DNA of 64,000 bases from a virus, in the IMG/VR virus record IMGVR_UViG_3300043827_000628, positions 27,350 through 91,349 of that record. One strand, given 5' to 3'. Below are positions 18,820 through 27,546 of the stretch, in pieces. The first letter of the stretch is position 1; each line of letters opens with the position of its first letter. The notes under the pieces are model-generated. The model saw only the letters and a list, made by a program, of their open reading frames with translations, was not told the DNA's origin and ran no database searches. The translations under genes were made by a program, and so were the position numbers.

Positions 18820-19581
18820 ATGTGTAATATAATACCTTTATTTAAAAGTCATTTTTCAATAGGTAAAAGTATATTGACTCTTGAAGAAAAAAATGAAGAA
18901 GAGAATGAACCAGATTCAATCATACAAATTGCTAGAGACAACAAGTTAAAAAAGGTATTTCTTGTCGAGGACTGTTTTAGTGGTTTTCTGCAAGCTTATA
19001 AAAATCTAAAAGCAGTGAATATTGATCTCGTATTCGGTATTAAATTTGTATTTTGTGATAATATAGCAAATAAGAACGAGGAAGAATTAAAAAAGCATCA
19101 TAAATTAATATTATTTGCTAATGGTGACGAAGGATACACAACATTAATTAAATTATGGACAAAAGCTAATACTGATGGTTTTTACTATACGCCTAGATTG
19201 GATATGAATATTTTAAAAGAAAACTTTAATGATGGTATTAAAATTGCTATACCATTTTATGATAATTTTATATTTAACAATTCTTTGAAAGGATATCAAT
19301 GTCTGCCTTTTATTGAAAACTATAAACCATTTGTTTTTATAGAAAATAATAAATTAATTTTTGATGGTTTAATCAAGAATAAGATGGAAGATTTTGCAAA
19401 ATTAAACAAATTAGATTTAATAAAAACAAAGAGTATTTATTACAAAAATAAAAAAGATTTTAAAAGTTTTCTAACTTTTAGATGCATTAATAATCGAACC
19501 ACCTTGAACAAACCAGAAATGGAACATATGTCTAGTAATGAATTTTGTTTCGAAAGTTGGAAGGAGCAAAATCATGGATGA
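18820..19581 (+). CDS. Stand-alone PHP domain of DNA polymerase III alpha
   Basis: SHFSIGKS, LILFA...GY..LIKL, GFYYTPRLD; His metal ligands degenerate. Confidence 0.85.
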   Translation: MCNIIPLFKSHFSIGKSILTLEEKNEEENEPDSIIQIARDNKLKKVFLVEDCFSGFLQAYKNLKAVNIDLVFGIKFVFCDNIANKNEEELKKHHKLILFANGDEGYTTLIKLWTKANTDGFYYTPRLDMNILKENFNDGIKIAIPFYDNFIFNNSLKGYQCLPFIENYKPFVFIENNKLIFDGLIKNKMEDFAKLNKLDLIKTKSIYYKNKKDFKSFLTFRCINNRTTLNKPEMEHMSSNEFCFESWKEQNHG

Positions 19582-20215
19582 ACATCTTTTAAGATTTGAT
19601 AAAAGTAAGACTTTTTTATTTATAGATTGCGAGACATTTAATTTATGTTTGAATTTTTGTCATAATCTACCTTGGGAAATTGCTATGTTAAAATGTCAAA
19701 GCGACAGAATCATAGATTCTAAAGACATTTATTTAAAATGGAAAACTCATTTAAAAATAAGTAAAGATGCAGCAAAAATTACAAGATTTGATCCTAAAAC
19801 AATAAAAAAAAATGGTATTGATCCCGAAGCATTTTTTCCTACATTAAAAGATTGGATAGATAAGACAGATTATATTGTTGGTCATAATATAATAGGATTT
19901 GATCTATATATAATAAATGAATATTATAAATTTATGGGTATAAATCCAATTGATTTTTTGTCTAAATCTATAGATACGAATTTATTGTATAAAGGAATCA
20001 AGACGGGAATATCTTATGATTCTAAAAAAGAAAGTTTACAAGAATATATGTATAAACTTTACCATACGAAATTTAAAAATGTAAGGACAAATTTAACTGC
20101 TGCTGGAAAAGATTTAGATATTCAGCATGATTATGAATCTTTGCACAATGCGCTCTCAGATCTAGAGTTGAATTTCAAAGTCTGGAATAAAATTAAATAT
20201 ATGGTCAACATTTGA
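19574..20215 (+). CDS. DnaQ-like DEDDh 3'-5' exonuclease (start revised to 19574)
   Basis: IDCET, GHNIIGFD, HNALSD; AAGGAG SD before MDEHLL. Confidence 0.88.
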   Translation: MDEHLLRFDKSKTFLFIDCETFNLCLNFCHNLPWEIAMLKCQSDRIIDSKDIYLKWKTHLKISKDAAKITRFDPKTIKKNGIDPEAFFPTLKDWIDKTDYIVGHNIIGFDLYIINEYYKFMGINPIDFLSKSIDTNLLYKGIKTGISYDSKKESLQEYMYKLYHTKFKNVRTNLTAAGKDLDIQHDYESLHNALSDLELNFKVWNKIKYMVNI

Positions 20216-20252
20216 TTGCGTTCTAGATAAAAAAGGAATATAATAACTAATT

Positions 20253-20507
20253 ATGGCATCAATGGATTTTATATACGATATTCTCAATAAATTTGAGAAA
20301 GAAAATATTGATTATCTTTTAATAACATTGCAACATGGAAAAACTAATAGTAAAGCAGATGTATTTTATTCATTGAACAATGAAGAAAAATCATTTATAG
20401 CTCTTAAACAAGGACTAACAGAGTTTCAATCAAATTTAGATAGATCTATCAACAGACACAGTTCAAACAAAAAACGTAAAAGAAAAAAGGATGATGACGA
20501 ATATTGA
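20253..20507 (+). CDS. Hypothetical protein with polybasic C-terminus
   Basis: TTGCGT-17-TATAAT promoter; ends KKRKRKKDDDEY. Confidence 0.6.
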   Translation: MASMDFIYDILNKFEKENIDYLLITLQHGKTNSKADVFYSLNNEEKSFIALKQGLTEFQSNLDRSINRHSSNKKRKRKKDDDEY

Positions 20508-23028
20508 TTTTATAAATTCATTTAAAAAGATTGAATTGCCTCTCTATGGGGTAAGACTTCCGGAATTTAAAGTTAAATCAGAGTACAAAAGGAATCTAGG
20601 TTTATCTGAAGATGCCTCTAATACCAACTTTTTAAAGAAATTGGCATATTCAAAATTGCCTATAGGTAAAGAATATAAAAAGCGTCTTGATTATGAGTTC
20701 GAGATTATCGAAGACTTAGGATTTATTGATTATATTATTTTGGTTTGGCTGGTCATCAATTACTGCAAAGAAAATAAAATTCCTACAGGTCTAGGAAGAG
20801 GAAGCGCAGCTGGAAGTCTTATTTTATTTTTAATAGGAGTAACTAAAATTGATCCTATTAAACATGATCTTTACTTCGAAAGGTTTATATCTAAAATTAG
20901 AGCGAAAAAGCAAACTGTAGATGGAATAACATATTTGGACGGAAGTTTGATGTGTGATGTTGATTTGGATATCTGTTATTATAATCGTCATAAAGTAATT
21001 GATTTCTTGAACGAAATATTTCCAAATAGAATTAGTAAAATACTGACATTTAACACGCTTAGTGGAAAATTATTAATCAAAGAGTGTGGAAAAATAGTAG
21101 AAGAAAAAAGTGAAACAGAGATGACTAGTGTTAGCTCCTTGATTCCAAAGATATTCGGGCAGGTAAAAGACATTTCTGAAGCTTATCAAGATGTTGGAAA
21201 ATTTAAAGAGTGGTGTGATGAAAATCTTGAGATTTATAGTATAGCTCTGAAATTAAGAAACTTAATTAAGAATAAAGGCGTTCACCCTTCTGGAGTTCAG
21301 ATTTCTCATAGTCCTTTGTCAGAAACTTGCCCATTAGAATTATCCTCAGACAAAGAACAAGTAAGTGCTTTTGATATGAATGATATCAGTCAGTTTAATG
21401 TTAAGCTAGACCTTTTAGGCTTAAGAAGTGTTTCTGTAGTTTATGATGTATGCAGTATGATAAATAAAAACATTGAAGATATAGATACAGAAGATAATTT
21501 TATATATCAACAATTACAATTTTTAAGAAATCCACATGGACTATTTCAAATTGAAGCAGACACAAATTTTAAAGTTTGCAAAAAAGTTAAGCCAAGAAAT
21601 TCAGAAGAGTTAAGCGCGGTACTAGCTTTAGCAAGACCTGGAGCTTTGCAATTCGTAGATCAATATGCAAAATATGTAGAGACTGGAGAATTCCAATCTA
21701 TCCATCCATTCTTTGATGATATTTTAAAACGAACAGGTGGAGTAGCTTTGTATCAAGAGCAGCTAATGCAAATGGCGAGTAAGATAGGTTTTACTTTAGA
21801 CGAAGCAGAAATATTGAGAAGAATTGTAGGAAAGAAAAAGACCGAAGAGATCAAAACCTGGAAAGAAAAAATCGAAAAGAAATGCGTTAAAAATAATTTA
21901 CCAAAAGAAGTAGGTGAAGTTCTATGGAAAATTCTAGAAGACTCTGCAAACTATTCTTTTAATGCAAGTCATAGTCAAAGTTATGCAGCACTAGCTGCAA
22001 TTACTATCTACTTAAAATTTAAGTATCCTAAAGAATTTTTCTTATCCCTACTTAAAATGACTAGATTTGAACCCGATCCAATAACTGAAATATCTAAGAT
22101 CCATAAAGAGATGGATTTGTTTGATATTAAATTATTACCTCCACACATCATTAAATCTGAAATGGACTTTAGTGTTGAAGAAAATAATATAAGATTTGGA
22201 CTTCTTTCAATAAAAGGTATTTCAGACAAATCAATTGAAAGACTAAATAATTTTAGAAATAAGTATGCTACAAAATTTGACGTATTTAAATCTGCGCAGC
22301 AAGCAAAATTATCTATTAGAGTTTTATCTCCTCTCATACAAGCTGGAGCGTTAGAAAACTTTAAACAATCAAGAAGCAAAGTTGTATTAGAAGCTCAATT
22401 ATGGAATATACTGACTCAAAATGAGCAAAAATATGCTATGATGTATGGAGAAAAGTTTGATTACGATTTATTCAAAATTATTAAATTTCTTAGCGCCACA
22501 AAAGACGAAAAAGGTAAATTCATAATTAAAGAAACCAGACTTGAAACAATTAGAAAATCTTATGATCCATATAAAAAGATATATGAGCAGAATAGCAAGA
22601 ATGAAAGATTCGCTAATTGGTATTATGAAAATAAATTATTAGGTTATACATATAACACCACACTAAAAGATATTTTTTCAGATCAAAAGCCAGATCTTCT
22701 TAATATAAGAGAGATCAATGAAGCTCCTCAAAATCTACCAGTATTATTTATAGGAGTTATTAAAGATCAATATTTAGGTACATCTAATAATAGTAAGAAA
22801 ACAAGGTATTTAAGATTAAATGTTCAAGATGAGACATCAACAATCAATACTCTTATATTTAATGATAAGATTGAGGAATGTAAAGAGATGAACAGTTTTC
22901 TACCTAAAGAAAATAATATTGTTATTGTAAAAGGCAAAAAGAAAAGTGAAGATGCTGTTTTTGCGGATCTTATAGCTGTTCAAGATCATAAAATATTTAT
23001 GAAATTAGGCGAAATTAAAGAAAAATAA
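20491..23028 (+). CDS. dnaE: DNA polymerase III alpha catalytic subunit lacking the PHP domain
   Basis: GRGSAAGSL, FERFIS, DVDLD, HPSGV, KLDLLGL, LYQEQLM, YSFNASHS, IRFGL, C-terminal OB fold. Confidence 0.95.
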   Translation: MMTNIDFINSFKKIELPLYGVRLPEFKVKSEYKRNLGLSEDASNTNFLKKLAYSKLPIGKEYKKRLDYEFEIIEDLGFIDYIILVWLVINYCKENKIPTGLGRGSAAGSLILFLIGVTKIDPIKHDLYFERFISKIRAKKQTVDGITYLDGSLMCDVDLDICYYNRHKVIDFLNEIFPNRISKILTFNTLSGKLLIKECGKIVEEKSETEMTSVSSLIPKIFGQVKDISEAYQDVGKFKEWCDENLEIYSIALKLRNLIKNKGVHPSGVQISHSPLSETCPLELSSDKEQVSAFDMNDISQFNVKLDLLGLRSVSVVYDVCSMINKNIEDIDTEDNFIYQQLQFLRNPHGLFQIEADTNFKVCKKVKPRNSEELSAVLALARPGALQFVDQYAKYVETGEFQSIHPFFDDILKRTGGVALYQEQLMQMASKIGFTLDEAEILRRIVGKKKTEEIKTWKEKIEKKCVKNNLPKEVGEVLWKILEDSANYSFNASHSQSYAALAAITIYLKFKYPKEFFLSLLKMTRFEPDPITEISKIHKEMDLFDIKLLPPHIIKSEMDFSVEENNIRFGLLSIKGISDKSIERLNNFRNKYATKFDVFKSAQQAKLSIRVLSPLIQAGALENFKQSRSKVVLEAQLWNILTQNEQKYAMMYGEKFDYDLFKIIKFLSATKDEKGKFIIKETRLETIRKSYDPYKKIYEQNSKNERFANWYYENKLLGYTYNTTLKDIFSDQKPDLLNIREINEAPQNLPVLFIGVIKDQYLGTSNNSKKTRYLRLNVQDETSTINTLIFNDKIEECKEMNSFLPKENNIVIVKGKKKSEDAVFADLIAVQDHKIFMKLGEIKEK

Positions 23029-23065
23029 CTTGATTTATAATTTAGTAATTGATATCATATAATAT

Positions 23066-23647
23066 ATGATACAAATTTATAAACCTACTCCTCGTAATAC
23101 TGGCACTGCTTGTAGCTTTTCCTTTAATAATTTAGATGGTAATTTTTATTTAAATTTAATTAAACAAGCTTCTTGGAATGACCAAAAAAAGATAGGTAGC
23201 TTTTCCGAGAACGCCCAAAATCCAGAAAAGAAGGTCGTTGTAAAACTGTCTAAGATCGAAGTATGTGGTATTCTAGATGCATTAGATAATAATAGAACTA
23301 CAGATTTCTTTCACAATTCTGAAAACCAAAAATTAGGTATAAAATTTTCTCCATATATTCGCGATGATAAACAAGTGGGATATAGTTTAAACGTTATTAA
23401 AAATTCTAAAACACAGACTACTCAACCTGCGGTTAGCTTTCTCATTGGTTTTACATTTGCTGAAGCTAGAATGGTAACAGAATATATTAAGTTTGGGCTA
23501 AGTCATATATTTTCTACAGAACGCAGTGAAGAGATTAAAAAACTTAAAAATGCAAAATCAAAAGCTATTGAGAACAAAAAGCAAAAGGATCAAGTAGAAG
23601 ATATTGCAGAAGACGGTGATCTTTCTGAAGAAGAAGATCTCTGGTAA
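23066..23647 (+). CDS. Putative single-stranded DNA-binding protein
   Basis: Follows the polymerase; beta-rich core with acidic-aromatic tail DGDLSEEEDLW. Confidence 0.5.
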   Translation: MIQIYKPTPRNTGTACSFSFNNLDGNFYLNLIKQASWNDQKKIGSFSENAQNPEKKVVVKLSKIEVCGILDALDNNRTTDFFHNSENQKLGIKFSPYIRDDKQVGYSLNVIKNSKTQTTQPAVSFLIGFTFAEARMVTEYIKFGLSHIFSTERSEEIKKLKNAKSKAIENKKQKDQVEDIAEDGDLSEEEDLW

Positions 23648-23652
23648 GAATA

Positions 23653-25572
23653 ATGCGCAAAAAAGTAGTTTTTCAATCTGATTTTGCTTTGGCAAAAACA
23701 GGTTTTGGAAGAAACTCTAAAGCAATATTAAAGTATTTATACAAAACTGGTAAATATGATCTTATTAATTATTGCTGCGGCATGCAAAAAGGTAATGATC
23801 AATTAGATAGAACTCCATGGAAAAGCTTAGGATCATTGCCTAATACTCAGCAAGAAATAGATAAATTAAACAAAGATCCGCACTTAGCTAGAATAGCAAG
23901 TTACGGAGCGTATCTTATTGATGAGATTATTAAAGAAGAAAAACCAGATGTTTATATTGCTGTGCAGGATATATGGGGAGTAGATTTCGCAATAGATAAA
24001 CCTTGGTTTAACAAAATCAATTCTGTCATATGGACGACATTAGATTCTTTGCCCATCTTAGACTCAGCAGTAAAATATGCGCCAAAAATTAAAAATTATT
24101 GGATTTGGAGCGATTTTGCAACCCAAGCTTTACATAAGCTTGGACATAAACATGTAAAAACTGTGCATGGAGCATTAGATATAGAAAACTTTTACAGACT
24201 ATCAAATGAAGATAGGTTAAAACTAAGATCAAAATTTGGCATTGATAAAGATAAATTTATAGTAGGTTTTGTATTTAGAAATCAGTTAAGGAAAAGCGTT
24301 CCTAATTTATTAGAAGGATATGCTTTATGGAAAAAGAATAACAACATTAAAAATTCTGGATTATTATTGCATACTCATTTTGGAGAAGGTTGGAACATTA
24401 TCAAACTTGCAAAAGAGTATGGTATTGATACTAAAGAGATATATACAACTTATATTTGTAAAAGTTGCGGCTCTTACGAAGTTAAAAGTTTTGAAGGACA
24501 AGATTTAAATTGCAAATTCTGCGACACAGAAAAATCGCAGGTAACTACAAATGTAGGTTTAGGTATATCAGAGAAAGAATTAAATGAAGTATACAATCTT
24601 ATGGATGTATACTGTCATCCATTTACAAGTGGTGGTCAAGAAATACCAATTCAAGAAGCGAAATTGACAGAACTAATTACCCTTGTAACAAATTATTCCT
24701 GTGGCGAAGAGATGTGCAAAAATGAAGCAGCAAGCTTGTCTCTTAATTGGTTTAAATATAGAGAGCACGGGACAGAATTTATTAAAGCTTCAACTGATCC
24801 AAAATCAATAGCAGAAAATATACAGAAAGTATATTTCATGGATCTGGAAAGTAGATTAAAGCTTGGTAAACAAGCAAGACAATGGACAATAGAGAACTAT
24901 TCTGTTGAAATTATAGGAAAAATTATTGAAGAATTTATCGACTCTTGTCCGTTTATTGATAAACAAATGTCTTTCAAGATAGAAGAAAAAAATCCTTATC
25001 ACACCGTTCCCGAAATTAAAGATGATTCTGAATGGGTAAAATATCTTTATCACAATATCTTAAATACAAAAAATGTAGATGAAAAAGATGAAGGACATAA
25101 ATACTGGATGCAAGAGATAAAGAAGGGAATGAAACGAATAGATATTGAGAATTATTTTCGTCAAATAGCTCTTCAAGATAACAATAAAAATAAGACGGTA
25201 TCTTTTGACGATGTCTTAGATAAAGATGACGCTGGTAAAAGATTACTTTTTGTCATGCCAGAAAGCATTGGGGATGTATTCTTGTCAACAAGTTTATTCA
25301 AATCAATTAAAGAACAATATCCAGAATATAATTTATATGTTGCTACAAAACCAGAATATTTTGAAGTATTAGAAGGAAACCCATATATACATAAAACCAT
25401 ACAATACATTTCTCAAATGGATAGTCTAGTTTGGTTAGAAGGAATTGGCTCACATAAAGGATATTTTGAAATTGCTCTTTTACCTTATTCTCAGACTCAA
25501 AGATTCTTGACATATCTTCATAATGGTAAAACAAATATAGCTTATAAGGATTATAAATATGCATCTAGTTGA
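23653..25572 (+). CDS. GT4-like glycosyltransferase with CxxC..CxxC insert and a C-terminal GT9 N-lobe
   Basis: TGFG, RNQLRK, YNLMDVYCHP..SGGQEIPIQEA; CKSC..CKFC; PESIGDVF...LEGNPYI. Confidence 0.8.
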   Translation: MRKKVVFQSDFALAKTGFGRNSKAILKYLYKTGKYDLINYCCGMQKGNDQLDRTPWKSLGSLPNTQQEIDKLNKDPHLARIASYGAYLIDEIIKEEKPDVYIAVQDIWGVDFAIDKPWFNKINSVIWTTLDSLPILDSAVKYAPKIKNYWIWSDFATQALHKLGHKHVKTVHGALDIENFYRLSNEDRLKLRSKFGIDKDKFIVGFVFRNQLRKSVPNLLEGYALWKKNNNIKNSGLLLHTHFGEGWNIIKLAKEYGIDTKEIYTTYICKSCGSYEVKSFEGQDLNCKFCDTEKSQVTTNVGLGISEKELNEVYNLMDVYCHPFTSGGQEIPIQEAKLTELITLVTNYSCGEEMCKNEAASLSLNWFKYREHGTEFIKASTDPKSIAENIQKVYFMDLESRLKLGKQARQWTIENYSVEIIGKIIEEFIDSCPFIDKQMSFKIEEKNPYHTVPEIKDDSEWVKYLYHNILNTKNVDEKDEGHKYWMQEIKKGMKRIDIENYFRQIALQDNNKNKTVSFDDVLDKDDAGKRLLFVMPESIGDVFLSTSLFKSIKEQYPEYNLYVATKPEYFEVLEGNPYIHKTIQYISQMDSLVWLEGIGSHKGYFEIALLPYSQTQRFLTYLHNGKTNIAYKDYKYASS

Positions 25573-26731
25573 AACATACGCCTTAAATTGTGGATTAAAA
25601 ATTGATAAGCCTTTTATATATGAAAAGTATTGCCCAATACCATTCAATAAATATATATCTTTTCAACCGTGCAGTAAATATGATTCTAAAAGCTATGATC
25701 TTTGGCAAGAAGTAATTAATCAAATTCATCCAAAATTAATAGAAAAAGATATTCATATCATTCAAATTGGCGGAAAAGATGAAAAGCCAGTAGATAATTG
25801 TTACCACTTGCAAGGGAAAACAACGATTAATCAAGCTGCTTACATTATTAAAAGGGCAATAATGCACTTTGGAGCAGATAGCTTCGGAGTACATATCGCT
25901 AGTAGTTATGATAAACCTATTGTGGCTCTTTATTCTAATGGTAGGCCAGAAAATGCAGGGCCTTATTTTGGTAATAAAAATAATGTAAAATTAATAGAAA
26001 TTGACAAGAAAGACCGTAGACCTAGTTATTCGGCCCAAGAAAGTCCCAAGACTATTAATGAAATTGATCCAATTGAAGTGGCTAATTCAATATTGAAATT
26101 TTTAGATCTAGAAGATGTTAAATTAAAAACATTGTATATTGGGAATGAATATCATAGAAAATTAATTGAAGCTGTTCCAGACTCTGTTATATCTGATATC
26201 TCTAAACTAGGAGTAAATTCCTTGATTATGAGATTAGATTACGAGTTTAATGAAAATGCGCTAGTAGAACAACTGAAAAGAAATAATTGTTCAATCTATA
26301 CTAATAAGCCAATTAAATATAGTATATTAAATCAATATAAAAATAATATAGCGCAAATCATTTATAATTTAGATGAAAATCATGATATTAACTTTGTTAA
26401 AGATCTGAAAAAATTAGCAAAACCATTTGTGGTTTTGACTTATCTTTCTGATGATTTCGTTCAGTCTATTAAATATGATTATATGGAGTATAGTAAAATA
26501 TTAAAATTAAATAAAACAATTAAAAATAATATACCTCAGTTAAAGGATCGAGACCTAACAAATGTATATTATAAATCTAATAAAATTACTATAAGTAAAG
26601 GAAAAGTATATAATTCTAAAGCTACTTATAAAACTGGTATAATATATGAGGGTAAACCTATAAAAGTAGTAGATAATCCGGACTTTTGGGAAGAAGCAAA
26701 ATATTTTTACATATTTGAGTTGACAACTTAA
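25559..26731 (+). CDS. GT9-like glycosyltransferase C-lobe fusion
   Basis: IIQIGG, LQGKTTINQAA, GADSFGVHIAS..KPIVALY. Confidence 0.75.
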   Translation: MHLVETYALNCGLKIDKPFIYEKYCPIPFNKYISFQPCSKYDSKSYDLWQEVINQIHPKLIEKDIHIIQIGGKDEKPVDNCYHLQGKTTINQAAYIIKRAIMHFGADSFGVHIASSYDKPIVALYSNGRPENAGPYFGNKNNVKLIEIDKKDRRPSYSAQESPKTINEIDPIEVANSILKFLDLEDVKLKTLYIGNEYHRKLIEAVPDSVISDISKLGVNSLIMRLDYEFNENALVEQLKRNNCSIYTNKPIKYSILNQYKNNIAQIIYNLDENHDINFVKDLKKLAKPFVVLTYLSDDFVQSIKYDYMEYSKILKLNKTIKNNIPQLKDRDLTNVYYKSNKITISKGKVYNSKATYKTGIIYEGKPIKVVDNPDFWEEAKYFYIFELTT

Positions 26732-26748
26732 TAAAATAGTGGTACCAT
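26720..26748 (+). promoter_or_regulatory. Sigma70-type promoter, leaderless
   Basis: TTGACA-17 nt-TACCAT with an extended TG, 6 nt before ATG 26755. Confidence 0.7.
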
Positions 26749-26754
26749 TCTTAA

Positions 26755-27546
26755 ATGGAAGAATCAATATCTATTAATAGTACAGAGTTAGCTAAAGCGA
26801 CAATCCAGAATGTTGATGATCTTACTGTTGTTCAACCTAGAGTTAGTCCACCAAAGTTCTTTGTAAGAAATTGTTATGGTCTTATTGAAAATGATAATAT
26901 CAACTATGTATTCAATGATGATGGATCTATCAATTGGAGAGGAATGGTTAAGCAGCAATATCTTGTACCAAATCGTCAAAGAACACAAGAAACAGATGTT
27001 TCAAAATTGGAGGATAAAGATCTTCTTATCCTTTTGGGTGGGATTAAAGAGCTAGCTCAAATCAGAGGTTTTACAAGTGTTGAATATAAAGTCGTTACAG
27101 CAACAGACAATTATTTTGCAACATCTTGTAAGATTACATGGGCTCCTAACTATGAGACAGAGAATCGTCCAGTAGTGTTCGAAGCCCTTGCGGATGCTTC
27201 TCTTGTGAACACAAAAGACTTTGCTCGTTACTTCTTGGCGGCAATCGCAGAGAATAGGGCATTTGTTAGATGTGTCCGTAATTTTTTAAAGATTAATATT
27301 GTTTCCCAAGAAGAGCTTGGAGATGTAAAACTTGGGCTTGTAGCAAAAGAAAACTTTGAAAAAGAAAACCCAATGAATCCAACACTTCTTCTAGAGAAGA
27401 TTATGCAGGATAAAGGGATCACTTTTGATGTTCTAAAAAAGAGATTAGTAAAAGAAAAATTTGACAGTGCAGATAATTTTAATTCAATTAAAGATGTACC
27501 AAAAAGTAAAGTTTTTGAATTAATTGAAAGAATTAAAAAGGTTTAA
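26755..27546 (+). CDS. Putative ssDNA-annealing protein (Rad52/Sak-like)
   Basis: G..ELA..RG, three strands, then ADA...AIAENRAFVRCVRNFL.I.IVSQEE; replication context. Confidence 0.45.
   Translation: MEESISINSTELAKATIQNVDDLTVVQPRVSPPKFFVRNCYGLIENDNINYVFNDDGSINWRGMVKQQYLVPNRQRTQETDVSKLEDKDLLILLGGIKELAQIRGFTSVEYKVVTATDNYFATSCKITWAPNYETENRPVVFEALADASLVNTKDFARYFLAAIAENRAFVRCVRNFLKINIVSQEELGDVKLGLVAKENFEKENPMNPTLLLEKIMQDKGITFDVLKKRLVKEKFDSADNFNSIKDVPKSKVFELIERIKKV

Noticed and set aside
18822-18827. GTGTAA inside the PHP gene start
   Set aside because: Within coding sequence directly after a good sigma70 promoter, with no suitable downstream start; likely chance
19400-20600. Split intein joining the PHP and catalytic parts of DnaE
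   Set aside because: No Hint motifs at the PHP C-terminus or at the catalytic N-terminus
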